Assembly (NCBI RefSeq): GCF_001194135.2
Contig: NC_068985.1
Coordinates: 57,517,487-57,552,577 of the forward strand
Direction: 5' to 3'
Length of the DNA stretch: 35,091 nt
DNA from: Octopus bimaculoides
Lineage: Eukaryota
This document shows, one piece after another, positions 1-10,420 of this stretch. A program made the translations under genes and the position numbers. The notes beneath the pieces are model-generated. The model did not search any database. It was not told the DNA's origin and saw nothing but the letters and a program-made list of their open reading frames with translations. Numbering within the stretch: position 1 is the stretch's first letter; every line of letters starts with the position of its first letter.

Positions 1-1511
1 CCCACTTGGATTTTTATGTATTCTTTCTCCCACTTGGATTTAAAATGTTGCCACAATTATAATATGTCTGTTCTACTGTAATTTTCTGCATTTTCGTGCA
101 GCTGAAGATTGCTCTTCATATTGCATTTAATGTAATGCCCGCATTACTTAAATAAATGGAGTAGCATGAAACGTGCGTACTGCAATCATCTTTGAAATCC
201 GTGTTGCTTATTTTGATTTTTTGATTACCTATCCATTTGGAATGGTTTTTGTATAATACCATACCATACGATATTCTGGTGCCTACAAATGCAGCTTAGA
301 TGAAACTGTGAAGTTACTCTCAAATTTTCTCTCTAAACTCAATATGTGGGTTCTGTGCTTGAGTTTCCGTTTCTTGAATTTCTTAATGTCACATAGCTAA
401 GTGCAATGCAGCGATGTGATAACAAGTAATTTATGATGATAGTGTCATCCTAAGTGCTAGGTTTCGCTATATATGGCTAACCCCTTGAATGTGGTCCCCC
501 GATTGGATGCAATGCAATGACTGAAATATATGCAAGAATAACATAATAATTAAGAACTGCATGATATTACGTATGCGTGTATACATTCATGCATGTGTGC
601 ATGCATGTGTGTGTATGTATTTGTGTGTGTGTGTGCCTTCTTTGTGTATACACATGTGTTCTAATAATCTTATTGGAGTGCATTTTGTTTATTTATGTGA
701 AACTGGATTCCATTTCCACTTTAAAATAATAATTCCACAAATATTAGTCATCAAATTTTGTTTTCCATGTATTCTTTTTAAGACAATTGTATGACTCGCA
801 TCAGATTAAGCTATTATTTCTAATCAGCCGATTGACTGCCTGGATGATCTCTCATTCATATTTGATGCAAGGTTTGCTACATGTATCGTGGTGATTTGCC
901 GAGCGACATGGAAGCTAAAAGTAGCTTAAACTCAAACAATATTGTGTATATAATTTTGATAACGGAAATGACAATTGGTTTTATATCCTGGACAAACGTT
1001 AAATCTATTCTTGGTTAGTTGTGCCATCGATTGAATCATCTATTTTGTATTAGATGTGTTTAAACTAAATCCTTTGATGGGATTTGAACAAATCTCAGAA
1101 ACCAGATATTGTAACACCTTAATTTGGTATTCCGGTCTCAGTTTTATCAAATAAACCCTATTTACGTTTAAATTAACGTGACTGATGTAAGTATGTGGTC
1201 AGGAAATGTTAGCCAAGTAGAAATGGTAATTACAATGTTTAAGTGATTGTAAAGGACGCCTTATTATTCTTCATTCTCTTGTTCCACACCACTTTACTGA
1301 ATAAGTACTCTCCTTCTACCCCACACCACTACACCAGTTAGTTCGCAGTTGTTGCACAAAAAAGAAATTAGCCATGCACCTTACATATTTAAGACTTATA
1401 AGCTCATGACAAATCGCTATAAAACGAAAGCCTTAATTGTCTTCCTATTGAAGGCTAGAAAATACTATAGCCATCGTAAATCATTGACCGTCATACCTAC
1501 ATTGTAATATT

Positions 1512-1650
1512 CTTTCTATTGAAAGCACAAGGCCTCGAATTTAGGAGAGGGGATTAAATTATCGACCACAAAAGGATGAAAGGCAAAGTCGACCTGGAAT
1601 TTGAACTCAGAACGTAAAGACGGCGTGCTAAAGATCCTGCCAGCTCGCCG
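1512..1650 (-). mobile_element. tRNA-derived SINE, family 2 (octopus-type), internally deleted copy
   Basis: Shares AAAGGATGAAAGGCAAAGTCGACCT and the head/tail with the adjacent copy at 1671-1889. The minus strand has a B-box-like GAGTTCAAATTCC. Family identity is from memory. Confidence 0.8.
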
Positions 1651-1670
1651 ACTACCTACATGGTAATATT

Positions 1671-1889
1671 CTTATCTTTTCTACTCTAGGCACAGGGCCC
1701 GAACCATTTGGGGATGAGGCCAGTCGATTAGATCGACTCTAGTACTCAACTGGTAGTTAATTTATCGACCCCTAAAGGATGAAAGGCAAAGTCGACCTCG
1801 GCGGAAATTCAACTCAAAATGTAAAGACAGACGAAATACCGCTAAGCATTTCGCCCGGTGTGCTAACGTTTCTGTCAGATCGCCGCCTT
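1671..1889 (-). mobile_element. tRNA-derived SINE, family 2 (octopus-type), near full length
   Basis: Minus strand begins GAAGGCGGCGATCTGACAGAAACGTTAGCAC, carries a degenerate B-box, and is flanked by the direct repeat CCTACAT(T/G)GTAATATT at 1655-1670 and 1890-1905. Confidence 0.85.
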
Positions 1890-1940
1890 CCTACATTGTA
1901 ATATTGCTAACATATGCAGCGGTATTGTTTGTGTGTATGT

Positions 1941-1974
1941 GCACACACACACAAACACACACACACATACACAA

Positions 1975-2027
<53 letters not shown>
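1941..2027. repeat. (CA)n microsatellite
   Basis: Direct reading of the sequence. Confidence 0.95.
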
Positions 2028-2028
<1 letters not shown>

Positions 2029-2263
2029 CACATCCTAAAGGAACAGTTTGGCTGATTGTAAAAGTTCGATCACAATCCTCCTGTATCTTCTGTATCTACA
2101 ACCTTAGTCTTCTAATTCTACTAGAAAGGTTTCTGCTCTCTTTCTAACACATCCATCATTACGTTTCACCCTACAGGTTTGTCAAAATAGAAAAGATTCT
2201 GCCTCAATTTTTTTTCCGCGGAGCTGTATTACACTTGGGTTGCACGGACGCGCGCGAAAATAT

Positions 2264-2415
2264 TTGTGGTAAGAAGCTTGCTTCGCAAACTTGGTTCCAG
2301 GCTCGGTCCCACTGCATGGCACGTTGGGCAAGTTTCTTCTACTATATCCTCGGGCCGACCAAAGCCTTGTGAGCGGATTTGGTAGACAGAAACTGAAAGA
2401 AATCGGTCGCATATC
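2264..2415 (+). mobile_element. tRNA-derived SINE, family 1 (octopus-type), 5' half, diverged
   Basis: TGTGGTAAGAAGCTTGCTTC...GGGCAAGTTTCTTCTACTAT...GGGCCGACCAAAGCCTTGTGAG...GGTAGACAGAAACTGAAAGAA aligns by eye with 13139-13265 and with the reverse complement of 19450-19620. Confidence 0.9.
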
Positions 2416-2477
2416 ATCGAGCGCCACGCATCTATTTCCAAGCAAGTTGTATATATATATATATATACACATATATA

Positions 2478-2983
2478 CTCACGGTGGACAAACTTTCAAA
2501 ATTGAATCGGATTTACAAGATTACCAATACCTATAATAACAAGATGAAATTCGCCGAGATCTTCTATATTTTTAAAAAATATACCAATTTTTATATAAAT
2601 AAATGTTCAATAATCGAAACTTCAACAAAGGAGAAAACGAACAAACTTTACATACTTCAGAAGGACTAACGTGAAAACTTATAAGAAGGACAGTATATAT
2701 TATTATTTCTAATTTTTAGTATTTTTAATTTTAATATTTCAAAAACTTTAATATTATATAGGTATATAAAGGGTTCTTAATACATCTCTGAAGAACGGAA
2801 TTACTAATAATAAGATGATCTTTAGATCACTTTGCGATTATAGTAATATCAGTGAAACGATCGTAAGATATTTTATTCTTTTAACTTTAGGTTTCTTTAT
2901 ATTTTATATTTTAGAATTTATAATATTCATGCTTATTTACACATAAATTTTTATACGCGTATATATTTAAACATATATTTATC
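2478..2983 (+). mobile_element. HHR-bearing repeat (family A), probable Penelope-like/retrozyme-type remnant, cut by a gap
   Basis: About 2700-2960 is homologous to 12212-12460, and 2655-2700 matches the reverse complement of 12147-12195. Contains a hammerhead motif and lies next to (TA)n. The Penelope assignment is inference. Confidence 0.6.
2784..2869 (+). ncRNA. Type I hammerhead ribozyme motif with extended stem II (family A, copy 1)
   Basis: Stem I ATCT(2784-87)/AGAT(2866-69); core CTGAAGA 2788-94; long stem II 2795-2853; GAAAC 2854-58; GATC loop; GTA cleavage triplet 2863-65. Confidence 0.75.
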
Positions 2984-3540
2984 NNNNNNNNNNNNNNNNN
3001 NNNNNNNNNNNNNNNNNNNNNNNNNNNNNNNNNNNNNNNNNNNNNNNNNNNNNNNNNNNNNNNNNNNNNNNNNNNNNNNNNNNNNNNNNNNNNNNNNNNN
3101 NNNNNNNNNNNNNNNNNNNNNNNNNNNNNNNNNNNNNNNNNNNNNNNNNNNNNNNNNNNNNNNNNNNNNNNNNNNNNNNNNNNNNNNNNNNNNNNNNNNN
3201 NNNNNNNNNNNNNNNNNNNNNNNNNNNNNNNNNNNNNNNNNNNNNNNNNNNNNNNNNNNNNNNNNNNNNNNNNNNNNNNNNNNNNNNNNNNNNAACTTTA
3301 AATAGAGCTCAAAATTGATCCGTTGAAAATACTTTATTGCAACAACAATAACAATAATAACAATAATAATAACACATAAATAGACCTATGTACATTTCGA
3401 TAGAACATCCAGAATAATTAATACATATCTTAAAATATTATAATATATTATAAAATATTTTATATATACATATATATATATATGTATGTGTGTATGTATG
3501 TATGTGTATTTATGTATGTATATTTATGTATGTGTTTTTG

Positions 3541-3705
3541 TGTTGGTGTGTTAACGTCACCGTAACCTAGCTCTTCAGCAAAATGGATCCTTACAATAAG
3601 TATTAGGCTTACAAATAATAAATCCTGGAGGCGATTTCTTCGACTAAAAGCCCTTGAAGGCGGTGATTCAGCATAGCCGCAGTCTAATGACTGAAGTAAT
3701 AAAAA
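3541..3705 (+). mobile_element. SINE family 1, 3' half
   Basis: GGTGTGTTAACGTCACCGTAAC...GGCTTACAAATAATAAATCCTGG...CGACTAAAAG...GAAGGCGGTG...GCAGTCTAATGACTGAA matches the reverse complement of 19245-19400 and 15995-16128. Confidence 0.8.
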
Positions 3706-5231
3706 AATACACACAGACACACATACACACAAACACGCGTACATACACAGAAACAAGCGTACATACACACAAAGATTCACACAAAGGTACACAGACATAC
3801 ACACGTATATTTGACGAAGAAGTTGATATGGTAGCCTGTACATCGTTCCAAAACCTGCAGAAGAATTATCCAAAGAAAATAGGAATAATATACCCTATTT
3901 TACATGAAGCCGGATGGTCACGGCTTGAGTGTAGATTCAATAATTCGTTTGCTCGATCAGGTCTAAACTAGAACTAAACAGCCACAACAACATTTTCCTC
4001 GTGATAATTTCCCTTCAATGATTAATTTACATCGATTACCGTAGGAAAATCGAAGTAATTTCTGCTTAAAATTAAACACCAAACATTATTGTCGGAGGGA
4101 GAACAAATTAAGAAGTTAATGAGGCATCTCATTCTCTTCTAACTGCGAGCAAGAAAACAGAACACGGGAGTAATACAACCGATATATCGTTTTGTATTCT
4201 GTAGAAAATAAATAGGAGTAAACTGCCAGATAGCCTTGTTACTCACCTAATATGATTTGCTCTTTGCTATGGAAAATAACAAAGAACTTCTGTTGATTAT
4301 GGTAGTGATGTAAACATAATCGCAACGTGTGTTAAGCCTTTATAAATCAGTTCATCAATGGATAAATTTATAAAAGCTCAGTGGTGAAATACGTCGATAC
4401 TTTGCTCACATTTCTGACATCAGCTTAAGCATCTGAGAGAGTTTGCTACGTATATTCTTAAGTTTTACTGAATTTAACCTGCTGCATCCGAAAATAGAAA
4501 CCGGTTGAAAAACTCAATTTTCTGGTGATTGACACTACATAAATGCGAATGGTTATAAAACAAAAATATCAACCGGAAATACTAGTATATTTACAATCAT
4601 AAAACTTCAAAAAGTACGATTTTAACTTTCCAGTAAAAATGTAAGTGACGCTGTTATACTGATGAGTAATGGCGTTTTGTTTTATTGCAAATCATCACAT
4701 GATCTTCTTTTTCCTTTAAATTCGTAAATTTAAAATTTAAATGTTATGAGATAACGCTTATATTTTAAGAAATTATCGTGTAATAACAGGAGAGATTAAT
4801 GAAATTTCAGCATGACTTGCATAAATTTCTAACGCTTTAAAATGCGATATTCCGATAAAGATCATAATTTATCTGATTATTAAACTCGTCAATAGGATGA
4901 ATATTTACAGGATTTATACAAAAGTTGTGTTTCATCAGTCCAACAAGTGATCGACTTAAAGTTTTTTCTCTAAAATACACATTAATTCCCGCACAATTCG
5001 AACTAGGACACTTTATATTTAAATAAAAGTTGTGCTCGTTTCCTCCACTTCAATATACATCACAACTATAAGCATCTGGGGTGCAGGCGAATGATGGCAA
5101 AGTGATTATGATGAGATGGTGAAGTGATCAATATCAGTGTCAGCATATTCGCTGGGTATATAATGGAAATATGAAGACCAAAAAGGATTTATTAGAAAGT
5201 TATTATGCAAATACTTATAAGTTAAAGATAA

Positions 5232-5233
5232 AG

Positions 5234-5274
<41 letters not shown>

Positions 5275-5349
5275 TATATGCATGCATATATACATATATG
5301 TATACATAGATATATATATATATACATATATATATACGTATATATATAC

Positions 5350-5402
<53 letters not shown>

Positions 5403-5428
5403 TATATACATATATATACATACATACA
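5232..5428. repeat. Compound (CA)n/(TA)n/(TACA)n microsatellite
   Basis: Direct reading; source of the spurious YI/HT-repeat ORFs. Confidence 0.95.
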
Positions 5429-5431
5429 TTT

Positions 5432-5579
5432 TTCCAATATTTAGACAGAATGGTATACATAAAAGATTTCTGTACCATGTGAGTAAGTTCCAATATTATG
5501 ACAAATTTTAAATACTATTGGAAATTACTCACAAGGTACAGTAATCCTATATGTATACCATTCTGCCTAAATAATGGAA
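5432..5579. repeat. Imperfect inverted repeat (64 bp arms, ~20 nt loop), MITE/foldback-like
   Basis: 5432-5495 is the reverse complement of 5516-5579 with scattered mismatches. Confidence 0.85.
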
Positions 5580-5662
5580 CTGCAGATAAATATCCGTGCA
5601 TATCTCACGTCTATTTTCATTCCTCCACTTCACACTCTATTTCATATCTTATCTAGATATGT

Positions 5663-6404
5663 TTTTGCAGGCGCCAGAGAACATGTCAACGCTGCGCTGC
5701 ATGTTGGACTCAGTGGCAGCATTGAAAGCGCAGTCATCGGTGAACAGGAGGTCGTTGACGGTGCCTACTGAAACCTTGGTTTTCGGTTTCAGCCTCCCGA
5801 GGTTGAAGACTGAACCGTCGGACCGGTACTTGATGCCGATGCCTATGTCTCTGTCCCTAAAAGCATCTGTCCATGCTGAGAACGTAAGGCTGAACAAGGT
5901 GGGAGCAAGGACACATCCTTGTTTCACATCATTGGAGACAGGAAATGGATCAGATGTCTCTCCGCTGTCCTGTGCCCTTGCCAACATGCCATAGGGTAGT
6001 TGTCTTACGATGGTGATGAATTTTCTGGGGCATCCATACTTCGCCAAGATTCTCCAAAGATCTTCTCTACTAACGGTATCAAAGGCCTTAGTCAGGTCGA
6101 TGTAGGTGGAGTAGAGGTCGACGTTTTGCTTCAGACACTTCTCCAGCAGCTGTCTAGCAGTAAACACCATGTCGATAGTCCCACGCTCTTTTCGGAAGCC
6201 ACACTGGCTCTCAGGTAGGAAACCTTGCAATAGGTGTACAATGAGGTGGTTGAGAAAAACTCTAGCCAGGATCTTGCCTGTGATGGACAGCAGTGAAATT
6301 CCGCGATGGTAGTCACAGACCTGGTGGTTTCCAGGTGGAAACCGCTTGTAGAGGTGGATGATAGAGGTGTCCCTGAAGTCTTGGGGCACTGTCTCGTTTC
6401 TCCC
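5663..6404 (-). mobile_element. RTE-clade non-LTR retrotransposon, reverse transcriptase fragment truncated at both ends
   Basis: ORF 5649-6389 carries RT motifs RGISLLSITGKIL, PESQCGFR, IDLTKAFDTV, VKQGCVLAPTLF and LLFTDDCA, typical of RTE/BovB-like elements. Confidence 0.93.
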
Positions 6405-6483
6405 GTTGTTTGCGTATTGAAATCATTTGTTTTCGTATTTCATGCTGTTTACTGTTGATGACATCCTCTACACATATATGCAC

Positions 6484-6486
6484 ATG

Positions 6487-6518
<32 letters not shown>

Positions 6519-6564
6519 TGTTTGTATGTATGTATGTATGTATGTATGTATGTATGTATCTATC

Positions 6565-6602
<38 letters not shown>
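6484..6602. repeat. (TATG)n/(TATC)n/(CA)n microsatellite ending at an assembly gap
   Basis: Direct reading. Confidence 0.95.
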
Positions 6603-7045
6603 NNNNNNNNNNNNNNNNNNNNNNNNNNNNNNNNNNNNNNNNNNNNNNNNNNNNNNNNNNNNNNNNNNNNNNNNNNNNNNNNNNNNNNNNNNNNNNNNNN
6701 NNNNNNNNNNNNNNNNNNNNNNNNNNNNNNNNNNNNNNNNNNNNNNNNNNNNNNNNNNNNNNNNNNNNNNNNNNNNNNNNNNNNNNNNNNNNNNNNNNNN
6801 NNNNNNNNNNNNNNNNNNNNNNNNNNNNNNNNNNNNNNNNNNNNNNNNNNNNNNNNNNNNNNNNNNNNNNNNNNNNNNNNNNNNNNNNNNNNNNNNNNNN
6901 NNNNNNNNNNNNNNNNNNNNNNNNNNNNNNNNNNNNNNNNNNNNNNNNNNNNNNNNNNNNNNNNNNNNNNNNNNNNNNNNNNNNNNNNNNNNNNNNNNNN
7001 NNNNNNNNNNNNNNNNNNNNNNNNNNNNNNNNNNNNNNNNNNNNN

Positions 7046-7086
<41 letters not shown>

Positions 7087-7990
7087 ATATGTACACATAG
7101 ACATATGTGTGTATGTATGATTGAATGTATGGATGTATATTTCTGCAAAGTTTAAAACAATTGAAAGGAGAATTAGTGTTCATCATTGCTAGTCTTGTTT
7201 TACTAGTCTTTCTTTTGCGTATCATATATACAAAGAACAATTTTAATGACGATCTAGAAGAATACGTTTGTGTGCTACTGCTGTTGATTGTTTGATATAG
7301 AGAAATGAATTACGGATAATTAAGTTTGTTTCTCTGTTAGTAGATTGATTATCATTATGTATTTCGATGTCATGTAAGTTAAATAGTAATGCTTACAGTG
7401 ATTTGTCCTGGTCATATATACATTCAAATATGTCGGTGATGAGATATATGCTGGCAGTATCGGTGATCAAGTATACGTTCACCAACAGAGGAAACTGATA
7501 GTGAAAGATCAACTAAATTTTATAAATCTGCAACTGAACATTGATATTGGTAAACATAGATTAAATAAGAAGACATTAAATTGAAAGAATAATATCAGAA
7601 GTAAAGTCTCACATCAACACCGCGATACATTAAGGTTCTACCAAGTACAACCTATGAGTGAAATTGCAATGTTTATTTTCAAAGATACTGCAGTAACGAA
7701 AGTAGAGTGCTATAAAATTTAGTGCTTGTGTGTTTGAGTGTATTTGAGTATGTGTGTGTATGTGTGTCTATATGTATGTGTGGTTGTACGTATGAATTTA
7801 TTTACATTTGTGCACGCATTTAGCTGAGGAGTGGTGAATATTATTACATCTACATATACATATATGTGTAGGCTCAAGCATCAGTCTACCTGCTTACCGC
7901 CCAATCTATATCTCTATCTATCTTTCTATATCTTTCTCTCCCTCTTTCTCTCCCTCTTTCTCTCTTTCCCCCTCTCTCTCTCCCTATATA

Positions 7991-8309
7991 TAAAGAAGAA
8001 AATATTTTGAATGACACAACAATGCATTTTAATACAAACAATGGACTATAATAACATTTGTAAATTAATTGTCCATAGTCTGATATGATATTTCGGAATA
8101 AATGGTGGATGATGGAGAACTTCCAACCCCAACTCCTTTAAAATTGATGGAGTCGCAGCGACTCTATCAATTCCTAGGAATATTTGCAGAAGGAAGTTTT
8201 TTCCGAAATATCAAATCAGACTATGGATGATTAAATTACAACAGTTATTATAGTCCATTGTTTGTATTATACTGCATTGTTGTGTCACTTCAAAGTATTT
8301 TCTTCTTTA
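7991..8309. mobile_element. MITE-like foldback (~112 bp arms) containing mariner transposase-derived sequence
   Basis: 7991-8102 is the reverse complement of 8197-8309. The core on the minus strand reads LKELGLEVLHHPP, close to LQDLVLEVLHHSP of the mariner at about 9630-9666. Confidence 0.7.
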
Positions 8310-8676
8310 CAAACAATACACAATGCTTCAAGCGAACAACAATACTCTCCTNNNNNNNNNNNNNNNNNNNNNNNNNNNNNNNNNNNNNNNNNNNNNNNNN
8401 NNNNNNNNNNNNNNNNNNNNNNNNNNNNNNNNNNNNNNNNNNNNNNNNNNNNNNNNNNNNNNNNNNNNNNNNNNNNNNNNNNNNNNNNNNNNNNNNNNNN
8501 NNNNNNNNNNNNNNNNNNNNNNNNNNNNNNNNNNNNNNNNNNNNNNNNNNNNNNNNNNNNNNNNNNNNNNNNNNNNNNNNNNNNNNNNNNNNNNNNNNNN
8601 NNNNNNNNNNNNNNNNNNNNNNNNNNNNNNNNNNNNNNNATATATACGTATATACGTACATATAAATATATATGTA

Positions 8677-9963
8677 TTAGATCGTGAAGTATGCAATTTG
8701 TACTGAGGTGTATGGTAAAATTTGATAGCTGCTCATTTTGCGCCATTATTATTTATTGGCAATCTTTATTTTTTGTTAGAAAGCTGACACGTCTATTTCT
8801 TTATTCTAACTCATTTTTCGCTTTCTAGAGTACTTATAAATCGCTTTTTGCTATTTTTGTTCAGAGATGGATAAGCTGGAAATTCGTAGTTTTCAAAGAT
8901 GAGTTCTTTCTTGGAAATACACCATCACAGACAGCTAGGAATGTTAATGGAGTATTTCATTCTAATGTTATTACGTAGCAGAAAGAATCAAATTGGTTAG
9001 CAAAGTTTCGTTCAGGTAACTTTGACCTCACAAATGAGCAACGCGTTCGACTAAAAACAAAGTTGGATAATGACGAACTGAGAGCCACCGTCGAGTTAGA
9101 TCCATCTCAAAGTGCTCGTGAATTATCGTTGTTGTTTGGTGTTAGCAAGCAAACAATATTGACTGACCTAGTTCAAATCGGTAAAGTGAAAAATTTGGAT
9201 AAGTGGGTTCGACATGAACACGATGAAAATCAGAACCAGCAGCGTTTAGAAGCCATCATTATGCTACTTTCTCGTCATAAAAATGTATGGTTTTTGAATT
9301 GAATTGTAACATGTGATGAGAAATGGATACAATACAATGGTCGTAAACGTTCAGTACAATGGTTGGATAAAACGAGCCAACAAAAGACAGTCGAAAAGCA
9401 AAATTCATCAAAAGAAGTTGATGGTGTGTGTTTGGTTGTCTGGCACAGGCGTGATCCATTATGATTTTATTAAAATTGGCTCATCAATCACGGCCGAAGT
9501 ATACTGCAGCTAACTGGACCAAATGAAGCAGAACCTTACAAAAACAACCCAGATAAGTCAACAAATCCATTCTAGTTTTATTGCAAGACAACGCCAGACC
9601 ACACATCGCGAAAATGACTCTGGCGAATCTACAGGATTTGGTGTTGGAAGTTCTCCATCATTCACCATACTCACCTCATCCTGACCCCACTGACTACCAT
9701 TTCTTCCAGAATTTGGATAACATTTTGATAGGAAAAAAAAAAACACATTAATTCCGCCGATAGTGTAAAGCAGGCCTTTCAAGATTTCATTGACTCTGGA
9801 TTGCCAAGCTTTTACAGTTACGGGCTGGACAAGCTACAGCTGAAATGGAAAGAAGTGTATTGGTAATATGGGTGCATAGTTTGATGAATGAAATTATTCC
9901 TTGTATTTATAAAATATTAGCAAACCTTTTTCTTTTCTACATATTTCATACTTGACTACCTAA
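8677..9963 (+). mobile_element. Full-length (1287 bp) degenerate mariner DNA transposon, DD34D
   Basis: 26 bp imperfect TIRs (8677-8702 and 9938-9963; 5 mismatches) flanked by TA. Disrupted transposase from ATG 8867 with WVRHE, VTCDEKW, LQDNARPH and PYSPHPDPTDYH; D2 (9587) to D3 (9692) is 105 nt. Confidence 0.93.
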
Positions 9964-10249
9964 TATATATGTATTTATATATATATATATATGGAAAAAA
10001 GTAGAAAATGCTAAAATACTTTTATAAAAACATTAAAATACCGGTTTCGAACCTTGGGATCTTTTCAACAGTAAATATGAATAACAAATTTTTGAAAAAT
10101 TAAGTTTTGGTAAATTTAAAAGAAAAGTCTTTTTAAAGACATTTGTATAGTATTCAAATACCAGGGGCATTTTTCTTGTTTCTGACTGTCTCTGTTTCCA
10201 TTGTTAAATCTTGTGGGTTCGAGGTCGTTGTGAATACTTGTGAATTCAA

Positions 10250-10420
10250 ATCGACCCCCAAAATTTGTAAGCCTAATATTAATTTTATCGGGTACTTTTG
10301 CTGAACCGGTAGCTTTCGTGGACATAAGCACACCAACATTGGTTGTCAAGCGATGGTGGGGGGAAAACATAGACACAAAGTCACATACACATAAATATAT
10401 ATACATGTCTGCATATATAT
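10250..10420 (-). mobile_element. SINE family 1, 3' half, diverged
   Basis: TTTGTAAGCCTAATATT...TTTTGCTGAACC...ACATAAGCAC...GGTTGTCAAGCGATGG aligns with 19270-19400. Confidence 0.8.

Noticed and set aside
170-390. Minus-strand peptide KKRKLKHRTHILSLERKFE... resembling a Tigger/pogo N-terminal HTH
   Set aside because: Needs several assumed frameshifts and no catalytic motif or TIR was found; too weak without a search.
2150-2190. Hammerhead-like TTGACAA-ACCTGTAGGGT-GAAACGTA on the minus strand
   Set aside because: Two core mismatches and no stem I pairing; compatible with chance.
4495-4510. GAAACCGGTT palindrome resembling an HHR stem III
   Set aside because: No CTGANGA core or stem II upstream.
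6410-7240. Long ORFs in the track spanning N-runs (also at 8258, 10116, 14054, 17141, 19548 and 33403)
   Set aside because: Artefacts of translating gaps and microsatellites.
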